DNA of 64,000 bases from Phoronis australis (Eukaryota > Animalia > Phoronida). The number at the start of each line of letters is the position of its first letter. Position 1 is the stretch's first letter. The stretch lies in contig NMRA01000489.1 in the NCBI GenBank assembly GCA_002633005.1, positions 244,710 to 308,709 of the forward strand, written 5' to 3'. Positions 50,101-62,100 of the stretch are shown in pieces. A program made the translations under genes and the position numbers. The notes under the pieces are model-generated. The model was given only the letters and a program-made list of their open reading frames with translations, had not been told where the DNA came from and ran no database searches.

Positions 50101-53100
50101 AGGGGCTTCAGTTCTACACCCAGCAACTTGTACTTGAGACTGTTTAGACCGTCTGTTTTAAAGCGCTGACTGCCGGTTCTAAGCATTTGAAACCTGCACA
50201 CAATTTATGAACACTGATTTCACTCTGAATGGATAAGACTTCCGTCCCAATTTTCAAAACTGGCAAAACATTTTAAATTTTACACCCTCAACTCCAGACT
50301 GGACTTCAATATGTAATGTAACTGCACAGAGAAAAATACTGTCCTGACCAGCAAGTTTTACGTAGAGGAACTAAAGGAATAATAGTAAAAGTAACAACTG
50401 AGAAGTAGATACTGCAGCGCTATGACATCCATAGCAGCCAGCAGTCAAGGGGATCACTGTCTTACTAGTAACTAGTCACTCACCGCTGTTCATTGGGTCT
50501 GTTACCATCGTCGTTTTTGTGAGAGATCATTTTATAGCGGGCAATAGCCAGTGGATAACGTGATATTCTATAGCCATTGGCTTTAATTCTGAAAGGAAAA
50601 TGCAAATGATAACGAAAACATAAGCAATTTATTATTATTATGAATGTTCATACCACCGACTCTGCTAGAATATGGTTCACGGAAAATTACCTGTCGGAGC
50701 CACAGAAGTTTTTGAAACCCCTAACTTTCGGTCTCCCTGACAGTGCACAAGAAAGCATTGCAGGAGAATATTTTGACCACACACTCTTGTTTGGCAAGAG
50801 CTTGCTATAGTAGTATTAAACTGGCAAAAGTTCAAACCACAAACTGATCTTCAAATAACTCACTTTCTGTCAAATTTTAAAGTAATTCATAAATTTTTCT
50901 TGGACGCCTACAGTACATCCAATGACACAAGTCACATGACAAGCATCGGAGCCGAGACATCTTTGGCCTGCGATACAACAACACTGAGCCACAGAATTCT
51001 GAGTGTTTGCCTTCCACATGGTAACTCAACACTCTGATTGGTTGTTTAACAGTTTTCAGCGGCAACCATGTTGCTAGAGTTTGGCTAGTAAGAAATGTTT
51101 TATTTGCACACATTAGGAAGGTAGCCTAAAGGTAACCGCATGTGATGGGGCACTGGTCGCGCATAATCAGCACACAATAGTTGTGGTATCGTGTATGAGA
51201 ACTGAGTTACTGCTTCACTGTCCGAGTCTCCCACAGCAACCAGTTTCTTATGTGTTGGATGATTTATGCCACGGCCAATCAAATACGGGCCATGAGTGGA
51301 AGATGTGCACTCAACAGCTCACGTCTCACAGGACATTCACTTGTGGGTATTCTAAATACGGCTATTTTAGGGTACGATTAGTCACGTGATGTGTAAGCTG
51401 ATCACAGGAAGCTGGCTTTGGTTATAGAGCTGCATCGCAGCATAACTAAATTGCTTGTCTCATCATATGCAGCCCAGGCTGAAGCCAAACCCAATATCCA
51501 AACTGATGTCAAATTTGATATTTTTGTTCTAACTTTAGTAAGAACTCATTGTCATGTCTTCCTGTATACATTATTACTTACACAGAGGGCACACAATCAA
51601 GATTATCTCAGCATTTACGTTCAAATTTGAACTCAAAATTTCAAATTGTTAGCCAGCATATACAGGTCATTAAAAGCCAACCTGGATTATGTGCTCATCA
51701 GCAAAAATCACAAGCGTAAAATCTTCACGTCAACTTTATACTCATTGTCAGCTATCACAAACAGGTGGCGTGCAGACCAGACTTAAAAAATGTGCGATCT
51801 ATATTTCCATGCCTGTTCAAGATTTACAAATATATGTTGTCAGTTTACATGAAATGAACATCTATTGCTTAAGGTGCGTGAAGGTGGTTGAAACCTGGTC
51901 TCCTAAATGCATGAAAAAGTAAGCTAGGATTCATCAAATTTACGCAAGCTCTGTGACGTATCTGTATCCTATGACAGACTTTCTACAATATTGTGGTGCA
52001 TTGTTATCAAACTTTGTTGATAAATTATGATCATTTTTCATAAAATTGTGCTGAAATCCCAGGGCGAAAACTCTCCGACTGATGCGTCACTGCCTCGCGA
52101 TTGTCGATAGGTCAACTTGAATTCTTGAACAAAAATATAGTTTCAAGACAAGAAATTACTTGAAGTCCTCCTTAAGTTTTCAAAATAGCATCCCTATGAT
52201 TTTTAAGTTCCTGTCGAGTCGGGATTAACTGCAGATTGAGTCTAAATCTGCGCTAGATCGTACCCCGCAACACGAGACAAACCTCTGGACGAACACACGT
52301 TGTTGTCACGTGACGTTTGTTTTGAAGTTCGTCTGCGTGTGTGAGAGTGAGCGAGCGTGAATCATCAGAGCTCATTTTCCAGAATAAACACAATGTAACA
52401 ATGAATCTAGGCGTGCATTGTAACTAAAGAAATTAACGAAAAAGCAGTAAAGCAGAACGTGTTTTAATATTTAGCACCTGCTGGTCTCATCTGCTGGTCT
52501 CACCTGCTGGTCTCATCTGCTAAAAAACGCTCTAGAATTGTCTCGGTAAGACCGATATTAATGTCATAGAGTCGCCGGGTGACTGGATGTGTGACAGTCT
52601 AACAGTTATTTTCCAGAAGATTCGGGGTGTAAGGGTGCGAATGTGTTCACTATCAGTGGGTCATTTTGACTTTAAAAAACGGCAATTATGATTAATCAAA
52701 TAATTCCTCTTAAAATAACACGAGTTTTTTACGGTATCCGAAACTTTACGAAATTAGTGCCAATATTTATTTCTTGCCAATGCTACGCTACCCGTTTCAT
52801 GAATAGATAGTTCCCGAAGACTAATGTCTTCGATGACGGGTATGTTGCGCATGCTTCCTGGCCACGTGCTTTTAACACCGATCAAGATTTTATTAGTCTT
52901 CGGGTACAAATAAATTTGGATTCCTGTAGAGGGAGATCTGTATGGGAAAGATACACTACAATCCCGTTGAGAAGTACGTTGCGTCTGTTCTGAAAGGCCA
53001 AACCATAGTGGGACATGTTACTCGCAAGTTCAGCAAAACTTTAGTATTCATTTTGAAGCACGGCAGAAGGTTGAAGTGTATAGTCACAGCTAAATACCGA

Positions 53101-56100
53101 CATAGCAGCGAGGCTCGTGGTCAACAAATTCCACGCACAATGACTTTTTCAGGACTGTACGATCTTATTGATAAGTTGAAGATGTTACTGTAGAATTTTA
53201 GAACTGTAGGTAAGGCATTTCTCGCTGGGCACTTATTTTAGCGAGGGGGGGGCGCTTAAAAGGGCATGGACGCTTATTAGGGTGAATAGCGTAATCAAAA
53301 TCTGTTAAGATATGAAGTTTACTGTCTAGTAACTAAAAACTGATAATGAACACAAAGTAAAGCCAGTTTTGGCAATTTCCTGAGAACAGTAATTTTAACA
53401 CATTGCGAACGTGTGAAAGGAGAGCAGCTTACTGAAGATTTGGCAAAAAAGGAAACTGGCCAGGCAAACGGAAGCTGTTTTCTTTTATAGCACTCAAATG
53501 GTGATGAATATGACCACTGCAGACTAATGAAACACTGCAAATTAAGTACCGAAAACCTGCACTTTGGAAGATACAAATACGTGAATATTTTTGTCAGATT
53601 TTAATTCACTCATAGAAAAATCCAAATTTTCTCCAATACTAATCAATCTGAACACTGGTCTTCATATGAAAATACCCTCAGGAACAAGTCATGTGGCTAT
53701 TCACCTCCAAGGCTAAAGAAAAAGAAAAAACAATGGAATGAAAACTTAACTGTCAGTCACAGATTTCAGATTGTATTGAACCTGCAAAGCTCATACTAAG
53801 AGTAGCCTTAAAAATGCGAAGACGCAAGATATTGTTCAGCCCTTGTACTTTTGACAGAACATATCTTCACCGCAAAATGCCCCTTTGCTGTCCTTGCAAC
53901 CCCTACCTGTTTGCCATATCGTCATCTTCCCCTCCCCAACCAAAGAACTTGTTGGCATAGCCGTTGACTTTTCTGAACTGCTCTGTTGTTAAGGCTGACA
54001 CGCCTCCAAAAATATCCGCATAAGGCAGTCTGGAACACACAGAGCTCATCATTATTGAGCCAATCACTAAAAGACGAAACCTACAGACTGAACATTAGAA
54101 TAATTTTTAAGGGTCTCGGCAAGACTAGTAAGACACTACATGTCACTCTGTTATGCCTGAACTTGGCATTACACTTTATGTCAAGATCAGGTACCGTACG
54201 TATATGTGAGTTTGGAATACCTGAGTAAACTTGGCAAGTCCTTTCAAATAATCACAATGACGATCACAAAAAAATTGCACTGCGCCAAAGCAAATCATGT
54301 GTTAATAAAATAAATAAGCAACCTTTAATCGCTGTTTTTAACTATTAACGATCTTACTGAACAAAACAATAATTGATTAACCACTCACATAAATTATTCC
54401 CTGGATCTGTGACACAAGTTCCAGTAAAGGAGGGGCTAGCAATCACAAAAATTCTTTACACCACAGAACTGGAGGAACCTAGAGTTCCACGTTTATACTG
54501 AACAAGTTTCACCGGATTGCTAAATTAATGGACTAATAATTCCAAGTACACCCATATGCAATCTTGAGATAAAGCGTATTTCCAAGTTCAAGCACAATGT
54601 GCTTCAGAACAACGAAAAGGAGACGGTGGATATATATACACAGTAACAGACACAAATTAGTCATTCTCTTGCGTAACTTAGACGAAGTTAAGCAGTGCAG
54701 CTGTTCCATTACTCAAGGTCGTGTGTTCGAGTGTCCCTGGACCACACTGTTAGGCCCTTAAGTCAGGTCTCTAGCTCAGTCCCAGTCACACCGCTAGACC
54801 CTTGAGTCAGATGTCTACCTCCTCAGCTCGAATTTATCTAGTATATAATAAAAAAGCATAAAAATTGTTCCAAGTGATTACTGCAATGGACCCACATGAA
54901 CGGCCTGTGCACGTCAGGTACAACGTGTGCCAGACTGTCAGCAATTTTCTTTATAGTATACATCACTCTTTTTCTATCCATAGAAAGGACAATACACCAA
55001 GCCAACACTTACTTGTAGTTGAACTTATCTATGGAAACACTCATGTGACGCGGTTGAGCTGGACAGGAATAAATGTTCCTATCATCCTCTGGAATTAAGT
55101 CGACGTCGCTGAATATGAAACATTGATAGTTGTCCAGTTTGATACCTTCGGCAAACCCTATGTTCATCAACATAGCTCTGTTAAATCTCGTTGGTGGAGC
55201 CTGAAAAGTCAAGTATGGACTTAATAAATTTCAAGCGACGCGTTCAGCCTAAAGAGAACTAAGCACTTATTTAACTTGGAAAGATCCCATAGCTCAACAA
55301 AGATCACAGAGTTCAACAAGCATAAATGGCTTAGAGAACAAAATATAATATATAAAAATACCATTGGGTGAGGGATGTTTAAATTGACTAACTAAAACGT
55401 AGGAGTCGGACATTCAACCGAACATGGGAATTTGGAACTGAAATTTGGAAAATTCAAGGATGGGCATTCAGCTAAGAATGGGTACATGGACTACAAAATC
55501 AACTCAATTCTCCAATAAAATTGTTACAATTGCCATTTTGTAATAGGAAGTTGTAGGTTTTGTGTAAATCTCATGTCAATCAGATGAGAAATGCGACCCG
55601 TAGCGCATGAATAAACAAAATTCTCCTGAAATGAGATGGACAGCGCAACATTGATACTAAGTGAAATGAATTTCACCAAGTAATTAACATGAAAATACAC
55701 CTGTGTCCAAAAGGGCAGATTTTTTATTGTAGTCAAGGAGGGTTTAACTCAATATCTTAAACGTGTCTCAGCTTTCACTTCTAAAGAGAAAAAAATCTCA
55801 GTGGACAGCACCATCCACCAGTGTCACATGCACGCTCCCTAGGGGTCCAGCTGTTGCAGACTTTACCAGCCTGTGTGCTGGCGAGATGTGGGACAAACAG
55901 ACAGGACGAACTGAGCATGCTCACACGAGATTTTGAAAAAATGACAAGGTTCTTTCAGAAACATGCATTACTGCCCACAGCACCCTTATTTAGTCATGAC
56001 CTATAAAATGTAATTCTATGTTGGTTTCACGTTGTCAGCAGCTTGGCTAATTTTATGGAAGCCTCACGATGCCTGTTTGGCAAGTGATATTTGACACTTA

Positions 56101-59100
56101 CCAAGTTCCCTTTTCAACACTGCTTGTAGTGCATGTGCAGTGACATAGCTTGTGACTGGTTAAACCTTTTCAACACTGCTTGTAGTGCATGTGCTGTGAC
56201 ATAGCTTGTGACTGGTTAAACCTTTTCAACACTGCTTGTAGTGCATGTGCAGTGACATAGCTCATGACTGGTTAAACCTTTTCAACACTGCTTGTAGTGC
56301 ATGTGCAGTGACAGAGCTTGTGACTGGTTAAACCTTTTCAACACTGCTGGTAGTGCATGTGCTGTGACATAGCTCGTGACTGGTTAAACCTTTTCAACAC
56401 TGCTTGTAGTGCATGTGCAGTGACATAGCTTGTGACTGGTTAAACCTTTTCAACACTGCTTGTAGTGCATGTGCTGTGACATAGCTTGTGACTGGTTAAA
56501 CCTTTTCAACACTGCTTGTAGTGCATGTGCAGTGACATAGCTCATGACTGGTTAAACCTTTTCAACACTGCTTGTAGTGCATGTGCAGTGACATAGCTCG
56601 TGACTGGTTAAACCTTTTCAACACTGCTGGTAGTGCATGTGCAGTGACATAGCTCGTGACTGGTTAAACCTTTTCAACACTGCTGGTAGTGCATGTAATG
56701 TGACATAATGGAAACGTGCACGCTTGCCAATTCATCATGTCACTCCCTGACATAACTAATTTGGTTGTTAAATGTTCATATTTCGAGATAAACTATAAGA
56801 AGTGAGGGATAATTTAGCGGTTTATCTAGACTAACCTGTAACCAGACTGGAAGCAGACGTAAGATATGAGCACACCCAAGACTGCATCTGATTGCCATAT
56901 TGCTGGCAGTCTTATCAACTACCTTATACAGCTTTAGATTACAATGACTTTTCTGCATACCACAGCAGTCGTCAAAAAGAATACATAGTCACTAAATAGT
57001 ATAAACGTAACAGATTACTGTTCGCAAAATGTGAATAGCAATTTTTCGGTTTTCGACAATTTGGAAGTATAATCAATCTTATGAAGGCTGCATTACATGT
57101 AGACACTTCAAAATGAAGTGTGTGTCCTTGGCATATTTTACATTTACCCAACTAGAGGCCTATTAAACCTGACATGCAACAATATATACTATACTCCCTC
57201 AGGCACCAGCATAGCTTGGAAGACACTGTCTTATAACTAATACTTGATCCAGCTATCAACATTAAAAAAGGAAGGAACTAAGGGACATGAAATCAAAAAA
57301 CATGCTTACAGTTGGTACATATACCTAATGGTATCTTTCCCTAAATGCAGTGACCGTAAGCACCATTTTTAATTTTACATCCTGCAAATACAGAATTTGT
57401 TAAATGCAATACACTTTTCATTGTTCAGTCTTTATTCCGTTACGTTCGTACTTTCGGAACAAAACTCTACTCTCAAAAGTATGAACGTAACGGAATAAAG
57501 ACTGTGAACAATGAAAAGTGTCATGCGTTTAACAAATTCTGTATAACCGAAAACTTGCTCCCGAAGTACAGCCAATCCTTCAAATAATGGAAAAAATACC
57601 TCAACTTGGAACAATTCTATTTTTCACAGGCTTTGCATGTCGCTGCAAATGCTGAAAATTTTACCAAATTTTGTTGGTGATAGCTATAATGTACAAACTG
57701 TGATAAAAGCAAAGTAAAATTTTAAGAAAACAATATTTTTGATGAGAAATTACACAAATGAAATTCATGCGATGGATACTCAAACATTATAGGCCTCGAG
57801 ATTTTCACGAGATAAAAATCATGTCTGGATTTCATGTTGATCGATCGAAAAATGCAATTTGTAGCATCCATACAAACAAACAAAAACTTCACGACAAAGC
57901 AACATACATGCCTTTAGAAAAATTTCATTTCGCCAAGTAAAAACCTTCAAATGCAGTCAAATGGTCAAATTTGTGCCATAACAAAAATTGTCGGAGGACC
58001 TTAATAAGCCAACGAACACAAGAGTATCATGTAATCAGTGTATGTTTGAATCCATCAGACACTCGCATGAATGAAGCTTAACGTGCGAGTAGGTTGGTGT
58101 AATCTATGAATGGGTTCAAAGGCTTGATGTTGAGTTCAACAGTCGTTGTCTTCCCCAGGCCTCATGATAATTCAGCTCTGTTTATTTTGTCAATTATAAT
58201 CAGAAGCATGTTGTTGAGAATCTGTACCAGTTGCAGTATGCTTGCAAAGGATTTCAGTCATATTGGTTTTGGACTTGTGGGACTTCACAACGGTAACTAT
58301 GGTGGGCGTGGCCTGTTTTTCGGAACTAACCATCATATCCCAAACTGAAAAAGTTTTACCTTTTTAACTGCTTTGGTCAGTAATTGCTTCCTTCTCTTAT
58401 AGCCAACCTTCAAAATACACTGCACACTAATGAAACCCTCCAAGCACACTGAACTCACCCCATCAGGGACCCTAAATGTATCAATAGACACTGCTGCATG
58501 CTTTCCACTCACCTGATTCACCACTATTATTGCATAGTCTAGTCTCTGCTTCTGCAGCAGATCATGCACATTATGTAAGAAGACCCGCAAGTGTGCTTCC
58601 CTATTCCTGTATGGGATGACTATGGCTACTTTGTGCTCTGCCTTGCAGTTCTTTGGTCTCCACCGCCCCCCGGGCTCCAGTTCTGGATGTAGCTGGGCCA
58701 GCTCGTCCAGGCTTGGCACATTCTCAGTGAATACTTTGATACGACCAACTACAACACAAGTGGAAAGTTATTAAATGAACATTTTCATGTGATCGCTTGT
58801 AGCTTAAGTCACAGGACTGGAGCGTTGTTAAGACAAAAAAAGGTTTAGTTGGTTTGGATCTCTACCTGGACTCTTTTTGAGGTCTGTGCTAACTGACTAA
58901 AGGATAAAAAATAGCCTGTCTGCAATTTCAGCAAAGCTTTTTTTAATAATTATGAACACAGCCCCAGAAACAGCTTTCAGAATCCAGGTTCTCATTCACT
59001 CCCTTACACACATTCTCTAGTAAAACCGAGCTCAGAGGAGTAGAAGACACTTTTGTGCAATGTTTGATTGTCTGCCAGTAAAGCCAGGATTTGAACTCGA

Positions 59101-62100
59101 GTCTCCCGAACGGGAGTCCGCAGTTCAAACTACTGAGCCACACTGTCTCATCCAAGGTCTTGGGTTTCTTTTTGAAAAACTGCACAAGGGCATGCAAGGT
59201 TCAAAACGCTATATTTTTGAAACTCTTTGGCAAGCAATGAGGAAAAATACTGCATCATTTTTGCTCGTTACATGGGGATTTTCATTTTTGAAAAAGTAGG
59301 CATTACACAAAAAATACTGCACCACTGACCAAATTCTCCAAACAAAAACAGCCCAGAATCAGTTAATATGCTGTTTTTGGACTTAATGAACATTTTGACT
59401 TGATCAACTACAAAACAAGACAGTGAATGGTTGGATAGTTCAAGAATTAGAGACGTGACAACAAAGGATATATCAAGTGCAGTGTCCTTGAAGAACATCT
59501 GGATATGACAAGGTGCAACACATAAGTCATGGTCATAGACTATAATGTGCATACAAATTAGTCAAGTCACAGGTGAAAATAAATGAACATCCTGATGTGA
59601 CCAATTACAATTTAAAGGTTGCAGGTGGAGAGCTGTCAAAGAAGGTAAACATTCTCCAGTTTAAGAGTCTCTAAAATTTGAAACACTGAAATTCATGCAC
59701 AAAATGAATTTTCTTGATTCTAAAAACTGAAGCATGGGCGATTTCGGTGTTTATCATTTCTCAAATTTTGGGCACTGCATTTTTTATCGACAGTCTGGAA
59801 ACAGACTTGGCAGTAAACAAAATAAATGAAAAAAACTGCCAACACAACCTTTTCAAGCATCCTCACAGTGCGTAACATCCAAGTGAATCAATCAATATTG
59901 CATATTTATAAAACTTGGTGCAAGTTCTGACCTTGAGCACAATAATTGTTTCTCACTGTCCCAAACTGGAGAATGTTTTACAAAATAAACATCTCAATGT
60001 GACCAATTACAACACATAAAGTTGAAGGCCTTTTAAAAAGAACTTCATATGGAAGGCATTGTAACCAAGAAGGGTCTAGACGCTAAATAAGCAAATATTT
60101 CCTTTTTTTAAATAACTGCAGGAGTATTGTCTGACTGCGAAGAAAATAATTACTTTGAACAGTATTAACATAAGCTGTCCTCCCTTGTGATACTAAACAC
60201 ACCTGACTGGTTCTACCTGAAGACAGTGACACCAACAACAAAAGAGAGTAAGAACAGATTTTTATATTTGATACAGCACAGGATATTGCTCTGCTTTCAG
60301 TGCTTTTACTTCAAGTATAAAACGCCTTGTATAACCATGATGACATTACCGTGGTTATGTCTACGTGTAATTGAGCCAGAGCACAGCTGGTAATTATTTC
60401 TGTCTTACCTGTACCCATAACACTTGTGCTGGGGCAAGTTACCCAGAGTTACCATACTTCAACAAGGTGGGGTAAGTTGTCATGACATGTTGGTCAAGTT
60501 GCCCCAGCACAAATAGCGGCCACATCAGTACTAAACCTAGCAACAACTTGTCCCATAAATAACTTGTTCTAGGGTGACTTGTGTGGATGTGCATTCAATA
60601 TTAACTAAGACAACATTGTATACACACCCAAAGAAAAGAAACAAGGTATCTCCTGAGCTTGACCAAGACTGCACTACGCTCACGCAAGAAGCGATGTTAA
60701 AAAAATACTTGAAATATTTTATTTGCAAGGATTCTATAAAAGTCTTGCTGTGAAGAGCCCAAATCTCCTAACCATGAGTTGTGATGTCATATGATTAAGA
60801 TACAACACATGGTGGGAGATTTGTAAAACAGTTACTATACATGACAAACTAAAAGTCATTAATCACTAGAGTGTCACATGAGAGATCAAGTAGAAACAAA
60901 CAGCACTTCCGAGTAGTTTGACTGAAACAAAATTTAGACAAGCCTTGTTCCTGCCGCCAGTGTGCAGTTGGCTTTGTGCAAGCCCAATACGACATTCAAG
61001 TTCCTGACTGTATTCACTTCATTATTACTTGGCAAAATAAATTTCGCCAAGTATGTTGCTTTTCCAACAAGTTTGTTTTTTTCTTTTTTTTTTGTTTGTT
61101 CGCACGATACAGGTCGCAATTTTCGTCCGATCACCACAAAATTTACACATAACACGTAGTTCCGGAAGTACTGGAAGCCTATTGTTTTTCGTCATAATCG
61201 GATCCAAGATGGCGGCTGTGGCACTATGCAGATGTGCACTACATGTATACTGATAATTGTTTACTTACGTTCAAAGACAGTGGAAACATTGGCACTGGCG
61301 CATGCGCACCTCGATTTCGGGGAAAAAATTAACGTTTTTTCTTGTAGAGGGCACATTATAAGGCCAATTCCTTTGAATTTTAAGAGATATTTTCTTCTGA
61401 CATGCTATTATATAAAGCCAAAAAACCAGAAGTTGCTTTCAAGATGGCGGATCTGGCGCATATTGACCCATTTTCAGTCGTGCTGAGGTGCCATTTAAAC
61501 GGGAGGAGGAAATGACGTGAATTTTTCCATGTGGATTCTCTGAGGTATACTGTCTCTTTCAAATGAACTGTATTTTTTCTCAGACTTACTGTTTTCGAGT
61601 TATTTGACTTTGAATTTCTTTAAAAAAAGCAAATTTCATTTTTTTCGAAAAATTTACGGAGTTGCGTGATACTATCAATTTAGATAGTAGTTTTGAACTG
61701 ACTTTCAGATGATATCTTTCATTTTTGCTAGGACATCTACTTTTTGAATTATTCGAGATTTTCTGATAGCATTTTTCCTTTGTTGAGCGCTCTTACTGCC
61801 TTGATGTTGGTTTAGCTTCTATAGAACAAGACTGTAGCCTATTTATTACTGATTTATGACATCTAAGTGCGTCATAAGAATGTTATGATGTTGTGCAGCA
61901 TCATCACCATCGTCATCACATTCGTCATCTTCGTCATCATCTCCGTCGTCGTCTTTTCAGTTAATTTCGCCAAGTGTCGCTCAAGACTGCAGCCTGATGT
62001 CTGGCCTCTACGTTCGTCGTGTGAATGTTATCATTACTTGAATTGTTCATCATCGCCACCATCAGTGTCATATTCGTCATCATCTCTATCGTCGTCTTTT

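Noticed and set aside
54690-54860. Second SINE-like element (gtgttcgagt B-box-like motif, A-rich tail)
   Set aside because: No clear A box and no confirmed second copy in the window.
56109-56697. CRISPR-like regular repeats (also 16750-16946, 32070-32530, 42367-42507)
   Set aside because: Head-to-tail units without unique spacers, no cas genes, and a eukaryotic intron context. These are minisatellites.
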